Positions 36,524 to 47,351 of a DNA stretch of 64,000 nt are shown one piece after another. The DNA is taken from positions 41,817 through 105,816 of the forward strand of contig JAHISJ010000006.1 of NCBI GenBank assembly GCA_018818205.1, given 5' to 3'. Both the position numbers and the translations under genes were made by a program. Each line of letters starts with the position of its first letter. The first letter of the stretch is position 1. Source of the stretch: Patescibacteria group bacterium (GTDB lineage Bacteria > Patescibacteriota > JABMPQ01 > JAHIRA01). The notes beneath the pieces were generated by a model. The model was not told the DNA's origin. It did not search any database and saw only the letters and a list, made by a program, of their open reading frames with translations.

Positions 36524-37483
36524 TTGAAAAATGAAGTAGAGGAAATTAAAAGTGAAATTAATAAGATTGGTGCAGATGGACATGAAGTAGATCCAGGTGT
36601 ATTTGATCGGTTGCTAGAGTTAGGGAAGAAAGTTCTTGATACCCCCTGGGCCTCAAGTGTTTGGACAGAGATTTCGAGCGTTCCTGGACTAACTATGCAA
36701 CAACTTGGAGAGATAGCAGGATTCTATGTCGATTATGATTTACTCAGGTCTATTATTAAAAAAATAGCACACTTGCATACTCAAACAGCACCTCATGTTG
36801 CAGAGGGAGACCAATTATTCCATGAACTTCTTTTTGGTGTTGCTCTTCAGGCGAGCAGGTTAAGTGATCCTCACGCTATTACGCAATGTCTCTTAACACA
36901 TGTTGATCTTGAGCTCCTTACTCTTGAGCAATTGTGTATTCTTGCGCATGGCACATGTGAATCTAGAGAGAGTGAGTTGGGAAGAGATACCGTTTTCCAA
37001 AAAGATGTATTCTTGACGATTATCAAAGCTTTTAGCAATTTTGATGAGGAAAGGTTAGCTAGAATTGTACAAGACGATTCGAGCAGATATGTTCTGAGAT
37101 TGGCGGCAGTTGCTTCTGGACGGGTAACGGTTGACGTTGCAGCGTCGGTATTTAATGCCAAAGATTTTGTTATCGTTCTTGACAATCTTCTTCTAGTTGG
37201 ACCTAAGACATATGAATTTTTGGTGAGACTGGCAAAGCACTATGACGACGACGAAGTGTATGCTGAACTTGCCAAGGAACTAACCTGGGCAGAGCTTGAC
37301 ATTGGTGCAGGTATTGATCTTTGCGTTCTTGCAGGGGAAGAAGTGTTTTGGGAGACTTTTTGCTCTAAGCTCAATGTCGATCTGGTTATTGGTTCGCATG
37401 TTCTAAGGTTTTTTGCCGATGCTCCAGGTACTATCTTTAGTTTTTTTACTACACGTATAAAAATGGATATTCATGGTTTGTAA
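36524..37483 (+). CDS. hypothetical protein
   Basis: ~319 aa from TTG start 36524 preceded by AAGGAGG RBS (36511-36517); terminator at 37503-37532. Confidence 0.45.
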   Translation: MKNEVEEIKSEINKIGADGHEVDPGVFDRLLELGKKVLDTPWASSVWTEISSVPGLTMQQLGEIAGFYVDYDLLRSIIKKIAHLHTQTAPHVAEGDQLFHELLFGVALQASRLSDPHAITQCLLTHVDLELLTLEQLCILAHGTCESRESELGRDTVFQKDVFLTIIKAFSNFDEERLARIVQDDSSRYVLRLAAVASGRVTVDVAASVFNAKDFVIVLDNLLLVGPKTYEFLVRLAKHYDDDEVYAELAKELTWAELDIGAGIDLCVLAGEEVFWETFCSKLNVDLVIGSHVLRFFADAPGTIFSFFTTRIKMDIHGL

Positions 37484-37502
37484 CACATGTTTTGTTGAAT
37501 TG

Positions 37503-37532
37503 CGAGCTTGTATGGGGGAGCTCGTTTTTTTT
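37503..37532 (+). terminator. intrinsic terminator (CGAGCT-loop-AGCTCG + T8)
   Basis: stem-loop followed by TTTTTTTT. Confidence 0.65.
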
Positions 37533-37613
37533 GTGCATTATTAGTGATTAGAAGTTATCAACTGTACATTTATTAGTGTCCAGTATAGGCTGTTTTTGGG
37601 CCAAAGATCAGGC

Positions 37614-37642
37614 TTGTATTTTTGGTAAAAATTTGCTATAAT
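37614..37642 (+). promoter_or_regulatory. sigma70 promoter TTGTAT-N17-(TGc)TATAAT
   Basis: -35 37614-37619, extended -10 TGCTATAAT 37634-37642, ~33 nt before ATG 37676. Confidence 0.55.
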
Positions 37643-37675
37643 ATAAGTACATTAACGATTTTTAAGAACATATAA

Positions 37676-38035
37676 ATGGTAGAAGGATTCGACGATAAAA
37701 ATCCAGACGGGCAAAATCCTCAAAATGGGAACGCTCGCTTTGCATCTGCATGCCCAATGTGTGGCACCGAGTATGCTCCTGAGGAAGCACGCGTTGTTTC
37801 TGAAAAAGAAGGTGCATTTCTTATTCACACTAATTGTAAGAAATGTCGCTGTTCTGTGGTAGCAACGCTTGTTGCAAATCAAATGGGTGTGAGCTCAGTT
37901 GGTCTTATTACTGATCTTACGTACGAGGATGTGATTAAATTTAAAGATGGGTCTGATATTACTGCTGATGATATTTTGCGTGTGTATACCGTTCTTTCAG
38001 AAGATAATCGAATAGAGAAGGCACTTAAAGTATAG
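37676..38035 (+). CDS. hypothetical zinc-ribbon protein (CPMC...CKKC)
   Basis: 119 aa; CxxC (CPMCG) and CxxC (CKKCRC) pairs. Confidence 0.45.
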   Translation: MVEGFDDKNPDGQNPQNGNARFASACPMCGTEYAPEEARVVSEKEGAFLIHTNCKKCRCSVVATLVANQMGVSSVGLITDLTYEDVIKFKDGSDITADDILRVYTVLSEDNRIEKALKV

Positions 38036-38174
38036 TTTCTCAATTGTTTCATGTGTATGTGAGACGTCTTTCTGGGCGTTTTTTTGTTTGGTCCAATTAT
38101 CAACAATGATTTTTACTTGCAATACTTGTGGTTACTGATATAATAGGATTCGTTTAAGGGTTAGCAAAAATTTT

Positions 38175-38915
38175 ATGGAATCAAAAAAACTCAAAGCACT
38201 TACGAGGGATAAAAAAGTAAACGCTGTACGGAATGAAGGATACGTTCCTGCTATTGTGTATGGGCATGACGTAACATCAACGAGCATCCAAATTCCTGAA
38301 AACGTTTTTACGAAGCTTTATTTAGAGATAGGTGAAAGTACCATTATTGATCTTGATGTTGATGGCAAGGTTCATAATGTACTCATTAAAGACGTTCAAG
38401 CAGACCCGGTAACCGGTGATTATTTGCACGTTGATTTTTATGCAATCAAAATGGACGAGGAGATTACTGCAGAGGTTGAACTTGAATACGTAGGGGAATC
38501 TAAGGCAGTCAAAGATGAAGACGGCATTTTGGTTAAAAACATCGATACACTTAACGTTACCTGTCTACCAGCAAATCTTCCTAAAAATATTTCGGTTGAT
38601 ATTTCTGTACTTGGTACCTTTGATGATGTTATCTCTGTTAAGGATCTTGTTTTGTCACCTGGCGTTACTGTCGATCGCGATAAAGACGATACCGTTGCAA
38701 CGGTAACACCTCCACGAAGTGAAGAAGAGCTCGCTGAGCTTGATGAAGCAGTTGAGGAAGATGTTGAGGGAGTTGAGGGTGTTGCTAAGGAAGGTGAGGA
38801 TGAGGAAGGTGAAGCAACAGAAAAGGAAGCCGCAGCCAGCCCGGAAAAGAAGGATGAGAAAGACGAGAAAGCCGAAGGTGAGCAAGATAAGGGTAAGACG
38901 GAAGAGAAAAAGTAA
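38175..38915 (+). CDS. rplY: 50S ribosomal protein L25/general stress protein Ctc with acidic C-terminal extension
   Basis: 246 aa; N-terminal L25 fold (VRNEGYVPAIVYG...DFYAI), E/K/D-rich tail. Confidence 0.85.
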   Translation: MESKKLKALTRDKKVNAVRNEGYVPAIVYGHDVTSTSIQIPENVFTKLYLEIGESTIIDLDVDGKVHNVLIKDVQADPVTGDYLHVDFYAIKMDEEITAEVELEYVGESKAVKDEDGILVKNIDTLNVTCLPANLPKNISVDISVLGTFDDVISVKDLVLSPGVTVDRDKDDTVATVTPPRSEEELAELDEAVEEDVEGVEGVAKEGEDEEGEATEKEAAASPEKKDEKDEKAEGEQDKGKTEEKK

Positions 38916-38958
38916 CCTAAAGAAAACAATAAAAGTCATTAATACAAGAACTACGTCG

Positions 38959-39276
38959 ATGATTAAAAATCCTTTAGAACATATTAAAAAAGCAGAAGAG
39001 AAAGCTTCCAAAGATCTTGAGGAAGCACAAAGAGAGGCACAGGAGCAGGTAGCTTCCGCAAAAAATGCGCAGGAAGAAGAACTGCTCAGCATAAAGAACA
39101 AAGCCAGTGAGAGCAGAAAAAAAGCGCTTGTTGGCGTTGAAGGGAAGATTACTGACCTTAAAGAGAAGAAAGTCGTTGAGATTAAGAAGAATTTAGAGGA
39201 CGTACAAAAACAGGGCGAGCAGAATATGGATAAGGCAGTTGATGCGGTGGTGTCCTCATTTATTAAACAAAATTAA
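38959..39276 (+). CDS. A/V-type ATPase peripheral-stalk subunit (G/H-like), coiled coil
   Basis: ~105 aa E/K/Q-rich helical protein immediately upstream of subunit I, position equivalent to atpG/ntpF-type stalk subunit; ORF-track N-extension (from 38719) is an out-of-frame readthrough of rplY tail; start uncertain. Confidence 0.4.
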   Translation: MIKNPLEHIKKAEEKASKDLEEAQREAQEQVASAKNAQEEELLSIKNKASESRKKALVGVEGKITDLKEKKVVEIKKNLEDVQKQGEQNMDKAVDAVVSSFIKQN

Positions 39277-39295
39277 GTAGTGATGTAATACGGAT

Positions 39296-41344
39296 ATGGC
39301 GGTATCTAAAATTGTTAAAATTGATTTAATTTCGCTTAAGAAGCACGAGGGTAAGATACTCGATTTTCTTCATAACACCGGTTTTGTCCAAATTATTGAC
39401 AAACAGCGGATGGAAGGAGAGGAAGTGGCACGTGAAGAAAAGGAAGATTTTGAGAGAAGAGCCTTGGACGTTGATTATGTGCTTTCTGTACTTGGGCCCT
39501 ATGCAAAAAAAGAAAAAGTAAGTCTGGCTGACAAAGTGGCGCTTGGCGGAAAGATTAAACTCACCACAAAAGAGTATGAGGATGTGGTGCTTAATTATGA
39601 CTACAAATCGGTTGTCTCATCAGTCAAAAAAGTTGAATCACACATTCAATTTATATCCGAAACAAACAGTTCGCTTATAGAAGAGCAGGAACTTCTTAAA
39701 AAATGGATTAATATTGATTTTGATCTTTCGTCTGTGAGAGAGAGTTTGCGTGGACAGCTTATTTTTGGAAAGCTCCCTAAAAAACAAGAAAACGATTTTG
39801 TAAAAAAAGTCGGTCATGAAATCTCAGAAATTGAGGTACTTACCGTTGATTCGGATGAGAGCAGCGCGTATATGCTGGTGACATTCAATAAAGAGAAACG
39901 TGGATTATTTGATGAGCATGCTTTTGAATTTGGTTTTGAAGAAGTTGACTTGCCAAGTAAGGGTGATACACCAAGAAAGCATATCGCAAGCCTTGAAAAG
40001 ACTATAAAAGAGAATACAGCCGAGATTAAGAAGCTTAAAAAAGAGCTCAAGGGTATTGCAGAAAAAGATATGCGTGCGCTTAAAGTTACGTATGACTATT
40101 TTACGTGGCAAAAAGACATGGATAATGCCCGTATTCATTTTGATTTAACCAATAAGTCGTTTCTTGTGTCGTGTTGGGTACAAAAGAGTCACTTAAGTAC
40201 TCTTAGCGAAGGACTTAAAACAATTACCACAGATTTTTATATTCAAGAAGTAAAACCAAACAAGAGTGAGAAGACTCCCGTGCTCATTGAGAACAGAAAT
40301 TTTATTAAGCCGTTTGAGACGGTAACCAAGATTTACGGACTTCCCAAGACAAACGAAGTCGACCCAACTCCATATCTTGCGCCGTTTTTTATTGTCTACT
40401 TTGCATTGTGTCTTACCGATGCAGGATATGGATTACTCCTTGCAGTCGGCACATTTCTTGCGATTAAACTCTTAAAGATTCCCAAAGAGAAGCAACGGCT
40501 GCTCAAACTGCTTATGTATGGAGGTATCATGACGTTTATTATTGGAGCACTATTTGGTGGATGGTTCGGTATTGAGTCTCAGTATTTGCCGCCTTTCTTA
40601 CAATCAATCCAAGTTATAAATCCGCTTGATGATGTTATGCTGGTTCTTGGTCTTGCCGCATCACTCGGGTTTATTCAGATTCTGGTGGGTATTTTGATTA
40701 AACTGTACTGGAGTGCTAAAAATAAGGATTATTCAAAAGAAGTGCTTATTGATGCGCTTTGGTTTGTTATTCTTCTCTCAGGTGCGCTGTGGATTCTATG
40801 TAACAGTGTATTCCATATTGCTGTTGCAGCTCAGATACTGTTGATTCTACTGCTTGCCGCGGCGTTTGTTGTGGTGTGGATATCTGGTAATAATGTTTTC
40901 AAAAATAAGATTACTGGTATTAAAGAGAAAGAGGGGAAGTCTACACGGTATTATACCTGGCTTATTCTCGGCACTATTATTGGTTTTCCCATTAGAATCC
41001 TCACGGGTATTTTGGGGCTTTACACGGTTGTTGGGTATGTGTCAGATGTGCTTTCATATTCTCGTCTCTTGGCTCTTGGCCTTGCAACGGGCATTATTGC
41101 TATGGCAATCAATATTATTGCGTTGCTCGTTAAAGATATGGTACCGTATGCGGGATATGTACTGATGATTTTGGTACTGGTTGGTGGGCATACGTTTAAT
41201 ATTGCTATTAACGTACTGGGAGCGTATATCCATTCCGGTCGTTTGCAGTTTGTTGAGTTTTTCCCTAAATTTCTTGAAGGTGGTGGTGAAGTCTTTATTC
41301 CGTTTGAAAGAAAAGGAAAATATATTGAACTTACTGCAAAGTAG
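39296..41344 (+). CDS. ntpI: A/V-type ATPase subunit I (a-subunit)
   Basis: 682 aa; hydrophilic N-terminal half, ~7-8 TM C-terminal half; start MAVSKIVKIDLISLKKHEGKILDFLHNTGFVQII typical. Confidence 0.85.
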   Translation: MAVSKIVKIDLISLKKHEGKILDFLHNTGFVQIIDKQRMEGEEVAREEKEDFERRALDVDYVLSVLGPYAKKEKVSLADKVALGGKIKLTTKEYEDVVLNYDYKSVVSSVKKVESHIQFISETNSSLIEEQELLKKWINIDFDLSSVRESLRGQLIFGKLPKKQENDFVKKVGHEISEIEVLTVDSDESSAYMLVTFNKEKRGLFDEHAFEFGFEEVDLPSKGDTPRKHIASLEKTIKENTAEIKKLKKELKGIAEKDMRALKVTYDYFTWQKDMDNARIHFDLTNKSFLVSCWVQKSHLSTLSEGLKTITTDFYIQEVKPNKSEKTPVLIENRNFIKPFETVTKIYGLPKTNEVDPTPYLAPFFIVYFALCLTDAGYGLLLAVGTFLAIKLLKIPKEKQRLLKLLMYGGIMTFIIGALFGGWFGIESQYLPPFLQSIQVINPLDDVMLVLGLAASLGFIQILVGILIKLYWSAKNKDYSKEVLIDALWFVILLSGALWILCNSVFHIAVAAQILLILLLAAAFVVVWISGNNVFKNKITGIKEKEGKSTRYYTWLILGTIIGFPIRILTGILGLYTVVGYVSDVLSYSRLLALGLATGIIAMAINIIALLVKDMVPYAGYVLMILVLVGGHTFNIAINVLGAYIHSGRLQFVEFFPKFLEGGGEVFIPFERKGKYIELTAK

Positions 41345-41397
41345 GACTATACTTACTAAACTTAGTTTATTTATAAGTTAATTAATTAAGCAAAACG

Positions 41398-41871
41398 ATG
41401 GTAGGATTAGCATTAGCAATCGCAGGCGCAGCATTTGCTGCTATATTTGCTGGAATCGGTTCAGCAGTTGGAGTGGGAACTGCAGGACGAGCCGGCGCGG
41501 GCGTTGTGTCAGAAAAACCTGAGCTCTTTGGTAAAGTTCTTCTTTTGGAAGCACTTCCTGGAACGCAGGGTATTTATGGATTTCTTGTAGCATTTATTGT
41601 AATGCTTCAAACTGGTCTTTTAGGTGGTGAGCCAGTAGAGCTTTCTGTTGGCCAGGGACTTGTCATTTTTGCCGCATGTCTTCCTGTTGCTTTTGGGGGA
41701 TTATTTTCTGGTATTCACCAGGGTAAGGTTTCTGCAGCAGGTCTAAACATTGTTGCAAAACAGCCTGATAAATCGGGTAATGCAGTTATTCTCTCAGCTA
41801 TGGTTGAGACGTATGCACTTCTCGGTTTGGTTATCTCAATTCTTACAGTCTTATTCTTCAAATTAGATTAG
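41398..41871 (+). CDS. ntpK: A/V-type ATPase proteolipid subunit K (4-TM c-subunit)
   Basis: 157 aa duplicated hairpin; PGTQGIYGF in TM2 and METYALLG (Glu) in TM4. Confidence 0.85.
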   Translation: MVGLALAIAGAAFAAIFAGIGSAVGVGTAGRAGAGVVSEKPELFGKVLLLEALPGTQGIYGFLVAFIVMLQTGLLGGEPVELSVGQGLVIFAACLPVAFGGLFSGIHQGKVSAAGLNIVAKQPDKSGNAVILSAMVETYALLGLVISILTVLFFKLD

Positions 41872-41879
41872 GAATAACG

Positions 41880-42443
41880 ATGGCATTAGACGACATAATC
41901 ACATCAATTGACAAAGAGAACAAGAAAGAGATTGCAAAACTGCAAAAGGAAGCAGACAATCGTGCAAAGGATATTCAGGTAGAAACTGACGCTAAGAAGA
42001 AAGAGCTTCACAGCGTGATTTTGGAAGAAGTCACCAAAGAAGCAGAAACCTTTGTTGCACAGGCTGAGTATGCCCTGAGAATGAAGCAAAAGAATGCTCT
42101 CTTGCAAAAAAAGCAAGCACTTATCACCGAGGCATATGATAAGGCGCTTTTGAAGCTCAAAGATCTTGATGACGCTCAGTATGGTGATATTGTTTCACGT
42201 CTCCTTAAGGAAATGGGTACGGGTGATTTTGAGATTGTTCCTGCAAAAGGAAGGGAAGATATCACCAAAAGGGCAGTGGAAGCTGCGGGAAAGGGATATA
42301 CAGTGAGCAGTGAGACAATAGAGGCAGTAGGCGGGTTTAAAGCAGTATCAAAGGACGTAGAAATAGACAACACCTTTGGATCATTGCTTGAATCCATGAA
42401 GGATGACCTTGACGTTACTGTTTCTGAAACTCTCTTTACTTAA
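41880..42443 (+). CDS. ntpE: A/V-type ATPase subunit E
   Basis: 187 aa, N-terminal long helix (K/E/A-rich) + C-terminal globular domain; operon position. Confidence 0.7.
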   Translation: MALDDIITSIDKENKKEIAKLQKEADNRAKDIQVETDAKKKELHSVILEEVTKEAETFVAQAEYALRMKQKNALLQKKQALITEAYDKALLKLKDLDDAQYGDIVSRLLKEMGTGDFEIVPAKGREDITKRAVEAAGKGYTVSSETIEAVGGFKAVSKDVEIDNTFGSLLESMKDDLDVTVSETLFT

Positions 42444-42459
42444 GTTTTCTCTATAACTA

Positions 42460-43482
42460 GTGAAATCATCAATGAAAAGTACTGCTGACTACATTTTGGC
42501 CACTGGTCGTATTAGGGTGCTCGAGAAGGATCTTATTACTTCTGATGCGTTAACTCGTATGATTGAAGCACGAGACGAAGAAGAGGCTTTTAAGGTTTTG
42601 AGTGAGTTCGATTATTCTGACGAGCTTTTAAAGGAAAGTAATCCTGAAAAATACGAACAGGTGCTTGCACACGATATGATGCAGACGAGGCAGTTTGTTA
42701 AGGAAGTTGTGGATGACGAACGTGTTTTGAATTGGCTCTTTTCTGAGCATGATTTTCACAATGCAAAATGCATGTTTAAGCAGAAGTTTTTTGAGGAAGA
42801 TCTCTCCAGTTACATATCAAAGCTTGGAAATGTGGATGTAGAAAAACTACGAGAAGCTATTGTGGATGAGTCAGATTCGCTGCCTGAGGGGGAATTTAAA
42901 ACGATTATTCAAGATGCTCAAGAGTTTTTCTCTACTGATGAGACAAAACACCCTGAGCGAGTGGATGCGTATCTTGATCAGCAGTACTATGGGTATCTTC
43001 TCATGACTGCAAAAGAACTTAATGACGAATTTGTGCTTAATCTCACCAAGAAGCGCATTGATCTTGCAAATAGTAAACTCATGGTACGAGGGAAAGAGCT
43101 CGAGAAGGACTTTGCGTTTATTGAAGAGCGTTTTATTGATGGGGGAACCTTAAACGTAGATCTGTATCGTTCCAGATTTGAAGATGAGAGTAATGAAACG
43201 TTTTTGCTTGAAGTGTCACATATCTTTGTATCACCGATTGTTGAAGAGTATATCAAACAGGCACTTGAAACTGGTTCATACTACTTACTAGAGAAAGCAT
43301 TTGAGGTTTTTGAGGCAAGCATTGCTAGTGAAGGAAAGAAGGAAGCGTTTGGCTTAGAGGTACTTCTTGCGTACGTTCTTGCTAAAAAGATTGCCAACAT
43401 GAACATCAGGAAAGTAATGGTCGGAAAGATTAACGGCATTCCAAAAGAACAGATTCTTGATAGAATAATTGAGTTTGCTTAA
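42460..43482 (+). CDS. ntpC: A/V-type ATPase subunit C (d-subunit)
   Basis: 340 aa helical protein at the C position of the operon. Confidence 0.7.
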   Translation: MKSSMKSTADYILATGRIRVLEKDLITSDALTRMIEARDEEEAFKVLSEFDYSDELLKESNPEKYEQVLAHDMMQTRQFVKEVVDDERVLNWLFSEHDFHNAKCMFKQKFFEEDLSSYISKLGNVDVEKLREAIVDESDSLPEGEFKTIIQDAQEFFSTDETKHPERVDAYLDQQYYGYLLMTAKELNDEFVLNLTKKRIDLANSKLMVRGKELEKDFAFIEERFIDGGTLNVDLYRSRFEDESNETFLLEVSHIFVSPIVEEYIKQALETGSYYLLEKAFEVFEASIASEGKKEAFGLEVLLAYVLAKKIANMNIRKVMVGKINGIPKEQILDRIIEFA

Positions 43483-43487
43483 AACCA

Positions 43488-43811
43488 ATGAAGACGTATC
43501 ACATTGCTATTTTAGGATCAAAAGACGCTATTTTAGGGTTTAAAGCTATTGGCGTAAAACCGGTATCTGTCACGTCCAAGACAGAGATGCTTGAGAAGCT
43601 CGAGAAGCTTTGTGATTCCGGAGAGTATGCCGTTTTGTTGATTACTGAAGACTTTTTTGCGCAGGGCAAAGATGAGGTATTTGAGTTAAGTAAGAGACCA
43701 CTTCCTGCAATTATCCCCATTCCGTCACACAGGGGAAGTGAAGGTCTTGGTCAAGAAAAGATCAAGCGTATTGTTGAGCAAGCTGTTGGTAGTGATATTT
43801 TAGATAAGTAA
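43488..43811 (+). CDS. ntpF: A/V-type ATPase subunit F
   Basis: 107 aa; MKTYHIAILGSKDAILGFKAIGVKPV Rossmann-like start typical of subunit F. Confidence 0.75.
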   Translation: MKTYHIAILGSKDAILGFKAIGVKPVSVTSKTEMLEKLEKLCDSGEYAVLLITEDFFAQGKDEVFELSKRPLPAIIPIPSHRGSEGLGQEKIKRIVEQAVGSDILDK

Positions 43812-43931
43812 TTCGCTTAAGGTGGGCTTATCCCACGTTGCGTGAATAATTTCTAATGTTCGATTTTCAATACGGTTTAGAGGAAGGTTTTGGAAATTGA
43901 ACATTAGCAATTGAAAATTAAATAATGTGTT

Positions 43932-45704
43932 ATGTCTGAAGAAAACAATAACGTTCACGGTACTATTGTTAAAGTCTCTGGTCCACTAGTTGTTGCCAAG
44001 GGGATGAATGGTGCAAGAATGTTTGATGTGGTTAAGGTTTCTGATAAAAAACTGACCGGTGAAATCATTGAACTTGCAGGTGATACCGCTTCTATTCAGG
44101 TCTATGAGGAGACTTCAGGTATTGGTGCTGGAGAGCCAGTATACTCAACGGGTATTCCGCTGTCTGTAGAACTTGCTCCAGGTCTTATTTCATCCATTTA
44201 CGATGGTATCCAAAGACCGCTTAACCTTCTTAAAGAAGTTGCAGGTGATTATATTACTCGTGGAATCGAGGTCCCAGGCATTGATCATGAAAAAAAATGG
44301 ACATTTAAACCACTAGTGAGTGTTGGTGACGAGGTTTTCTCGGGTGATTTCCTTGGTGAAGTAGAAGAGACGGTAACGGTTCTGCACAAGGTCATGGTGC
44401 CGGTTGGTACTCAAGGCAAGGTGAAGGATATTAAAGAGGGTGATTTTAACGTTACTGATACAATCGCTGTTATTGAAACAGAAGATGGCGACAAGGAAGT
44501 CGCTATGCTTCAAAAGTGGCCGATTCGCGATCCGCGCCCGGTTAAAGAAAAACTGGTGCCAAAAGAGCCGCTTATTACCGGACAGCGTGTTATTGATACA
44601 TTTTTCCCCATTGTAAAAGGTGGTGCGGGTTGTGTACCGGGACCGTTTGGTGCAGGAAAAACAGTTATTCAACATCAACTTGCTAAGTGGGCAGATGCAG
44701 ATATTGTGGTTTTTATTGGCTGTGGTGAACGTGGAAATGAGATGACCGATGTGCTTATGGAGTTTCCGGAGCTTAAAGATCCACGGTCGGGTGAACCACT
44801 TATGAAGAGAACAGTGCTTATTGCAAATACGTCAAATATGCCGGTTGCTGCCCGTGAGGCATCTATTTATACCGGTATTACCATTGCTGAATACTACAGG
44901 GACATGGGATTTAAAGTAGCACTTATGGCTGATTCAACATCACGTTGGGCAGAGGCACTGAGAGAAGTCTCCGGACGCCTTGCCGAAATGCCGGGTGAAG
45001 AAGGGTATCCCGCATACCTTGGTTCAAGAACAGCAAGTTTTTATGAACGAGCCGGTAAAGTCGAATGTCTTTCAAGCAAGGGGAGAGAAGGCTCGCTTAC
45101 GGTTGTTGGTGCGGTGTCTCCTCCTGGTGGTGACCTTTCTGAACCGGTTACGCAAAATACGCTTCGGGTTACCAAAGTATTTTGGGGGCTTGATGCAGCG
45201 CTTGCTTATAAGCGACACTTTCCCGCAATTAACTGGCTTACGAGTTACTCACTCTATTTAGATGATATTAAAGGATATCTAGCAAAAGAGGCAGGTGAGG
45301 ACTTTCCGGATCTTCAATCAGAAGCTATGAAGATTTTGCAGCACGAGGCTGAACTTGAAGAAATAGTCCGATTGGTGGGTATTGATGCATTGTCACCAAA
45401 AGAACAGTTGGTACTTAACACGGCAAAGTCAATTAGGGAGGATTTTCTCCATCAAAACGCCTTTGATGATGTAGACACCTATTCATCAATCAAGAAGCAG
45501 TACCTCATGATGAAAGCCATCTTAACGTTTCACAATAAAGGTGTAGATGTGCTTGAGAAGGGCGCGGATCTTAAGGATCTGTTAAAACTTCCGGTCCTAG
45601 AAAAGATTGGTCGAAGTAAAATGACGCCAGAAGATAAACTTGATGAACTCGAAGCTATGGTTGCCAAAGCAGCATCTGAGCCAGAGAGCGTCACATTGAA
45701 ATAA
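43932..45704 (+). CDS. ntpA: A/V-type ATPase catalytic subunit A
   Basis: 590 aa; Walker A GPFGAGKT, non-homologous region insert, Walker B. Confidence 0.95.
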   Translation: MSEENNNVHGTIVKVSGPLVVAKGMNGARMFDVVKVSDKKLTGEIIELAGDTASIQVYEETSGIGAGEPVYSTGIPLSVELAPGLISSIYDGIQRPLNLLKEVAGDYITRGIEVPGIDHEKKWTFKPLVSVGDEVFSGDFLGEVEETVTVLHKVMVPVGTQGKVKDIKEGDFNVTDTIAVIETEDGDKEVAMLQKWPIRDPRPVKEKLVPKEPLITGQRVIDTFFPIVKGGAGCVPGPFGAGKTVIQHQLAKWADADIVVFIGCGERGNEMTDVLMEFPELKDPRSGEPLMKRTVLIANTSNMPVAAREASIYTGITIAEYYRDMGFKVALMADSTSRWAEALREVSGRLAEMPGEEGYPAYLGSRTASFYERAGKVECLSSKGREGSLTVVGAVSPPGGDLSEPVTQNTLRVTKVFWGLDAALAYKRHFPAINWLTSYSLYLDDIKGYLAKEAGEDFPDLQSEAMKILQHEAELEEIVRLVGIDALSPKEQLVLNTAKSIREDFLHQNAFDDVDTYSSIKKQYLMMKAILTFHNKGVDVLEKGADLKDLLKLPVLEKIGRSKMTPEDKLDELEAMVAKAASEPESVTLK

Positions 45705-45760
45705 TGTATTTTTGGGCGCGGATGACGCGTGAATGCACATAATTAGCTAATTTACGTAGT

Positions 45761-47212
45761 ATGCTTAAAGAATATAAAACAGTCAAAGAGATCACCGGAC
45801 CGCTCGTTATAGTTGAAGGCGTGTCTGACGTGAAATATGAGGAGCTCGTTGACATTGAGCTTCAAGACGGATCAAAAAGAAGAGGCCGGGTACTTGAGGT
45901 AGATGGGGACAAAGCGGTTATTCAGCTTTTTGAGGAAACCCGTGGTATTTCTGTAGAGGGTACTAAAGCAAAGTTTCTTGGTAAAACAATGGAGCTTCCC
46001 GTTTCTGAAGAGATGCTTGGCCGCGTTTTTGATGGTTCAGGAAGACCAAAAGATAAGGGACCAAAAATAATTCCTGAAAAGAAACTCGATATTAATGGTG
46101 CTCCGCTTAATCCGTATGCTCGTGATTATCCAAATGACTTTATTCAGACCGGTGTTTCAACCATTGATGGTATGAACACGTTGGTTCGTGGCCAAAAGCT
46201 TCCTATCTTTTCCGGTTCCGGACTTCCGCATGCAGAGCTTGCTGCAATGATTGCACGGCAAGCAAAGGTAACAAAACCGGGAGAAAAAGACGGTGACGGA
46301 GGAGAATTTGCAGTGGTGTTTGGTGCTATGGGAATTACCTTTGCTGAATCGGAATTCTTTATCAATGAATTTAGGAAAACAGGTGCTATTGAGCGCGCAA
46401 CTCTCTTTGTAAACTTGGCAGATGATCCGGTAGTTGAGCGAATCATTCTTCCTCGTCTTGCGCTTACTGCCGCTGAGTATCTTGCGTTTGAAAAGGGAAT
46501 GCACGTACTGGTTATTTTGACTGATCTCACCAATTACTGTGAGGCACTCAGAGAAGTGAGTGCGGCGCGTAAAGAGGTACCGGGAAGACGTGGATATCCT
46601 GGTTATTTGTATACTGATCTTGCTACGCTGTATGAGCGAGCTGGTCGTATTAAAGGAAAGCCGGGTTCGATTACGCAGATTCCTATTCTCTCCATGCCAG
46701 AAGATGATAAAACGCATCCAATCCCAGATCTTACCGGATATATTACTGAAGGACAGATTATGCTTTCTCGCGAACTGCACAATAAAGGCATTTTCCCTCC
46801 GATTGATGTGCTTCCATCTCTTTCTCGTCTAAAAGATAAGGGTATTGGTGAAGGAAAGACGAGAGAAGATCATTCCGGTGTGTTGAATCAGTTATTTGCT
46901 GCATATGCTCGGGGAAAAGATGCAAAAGAACTTGCCGTTATTCTTGGCGAGGCTGCACTTTCTGATGCAGACAAAAAATTTGCAAAATTTGCCGATGAAT
47001 TTGAGAATCGATTTGTCAGACAGAAATCAGATGAAGATAGATCAATTATCGAGACACTGACATTGGGCTGGGAGCTTATGTCAATTCTCCCAGAATCTGA
47101 GCTTAAGCGTGTAAAAGAAGAGCAGATAAAGAAGTATCTTCCGAGTGCTAAAAAAGAGGAAAAGAAGATAGAGAAGGTTGAGGAAGAAGAGAAAGAAAAG
47201 GAGCTCGTCTAG
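45761..47212 (+). CDS. ntpB: A/V-type ATPase subunit B
   Basis: 483 aa; regulatory B-subunit signature [18 protein letters not shown]-rich C-terminal tail. Confidence 0.95.
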   Translation: MLKEYKTVKEITGPLVIVEGVSDVKYEELVDIELQDGSKRRGRVLEVDGDKAVIQLFEETRGISVEGTKAKFLGKTMELPVSEEMLGRVFDGSGRPKDKGPKIIPEKKLDINGAPLNPYARDYPNDFIQTGVSTIDGMNTLVRGQKLPIFSGSGLPHAELAAMIARQAKVTKPGEKDGDGGEFAVVFGAMGITFAESEFFINEFRKTGAIERATLFVNLADDPVVERIILPRLALTAAEYLAFEKGMHVLVILTDLTNYCEALREVSAARKEVPGRRGYPGYLYTDLATLYERAGRIKGKPGSITQIPILSMPEDDKTHPIPDLTGYITEGQIMLSRELHNKGIFPPIDVLPSLSRLKDKGIGEGKTREDHSGVLNQLFAAYARGKDAKELAVILGEAALSDADKKFAKFADEFENRFVRQKSDEDRSIIETLTLGWELMSILPESELKRVKEEQIKKYLPSAKKEEKKIEKVEEEEKEKELV

Positions 47213-47224
47213 AAGAATTTTTTA

Positions 47225-47333
47225 CTGTCATCCCGGAATTTCACTTCTGAGTGAAACATCCGGGATCTCGTGGCTTACAGACTGTAAGCGATAAGACTCC
47301 GGTTCAGTCTTAGGAAAGACTGTCCGGAATGAC
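47225..47333. mobile_element. MITE-like element copy 2 (109 bp; TIRs TGTCATCCCGGA / TCCGGAATGACA)
   Basis: same TIRs and central module CCGGGATCTCGTGGCTTACAGACT as copy 1, hairpin modules (CACTTCTGAGTG; CAGTCTTAGGAAAGACTG) in swapped positions; sits between ATPase B and D genes. Confidence 0.6.
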
Positions 47334-47351
47334 ACCTAACGCATTACTACC

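Noticed and set aside
38438-39101. Long antisense/out-of-frame ORFs (38438..38929 -, 38655..39101 -, 38719..38958 + N-extension) over the rplY tail
   Set aside because: Generated by the low-complexity GAA/GAG/AAG-rich sequence encoding the acidic L25 C-terminal tail; S/A/L-rich or K/R-rich products with no start signals.
46144-46832. Antisense ORFs 46144..46533 and 46157..46780 within ntpB, plus others inside dnaE, kbl, thrS, the FG-GAP gene and so on
   Set aside because: Fully embedded in strongly supported conserved genes on the opposite strand; no RBS; typical shadow ORFs.
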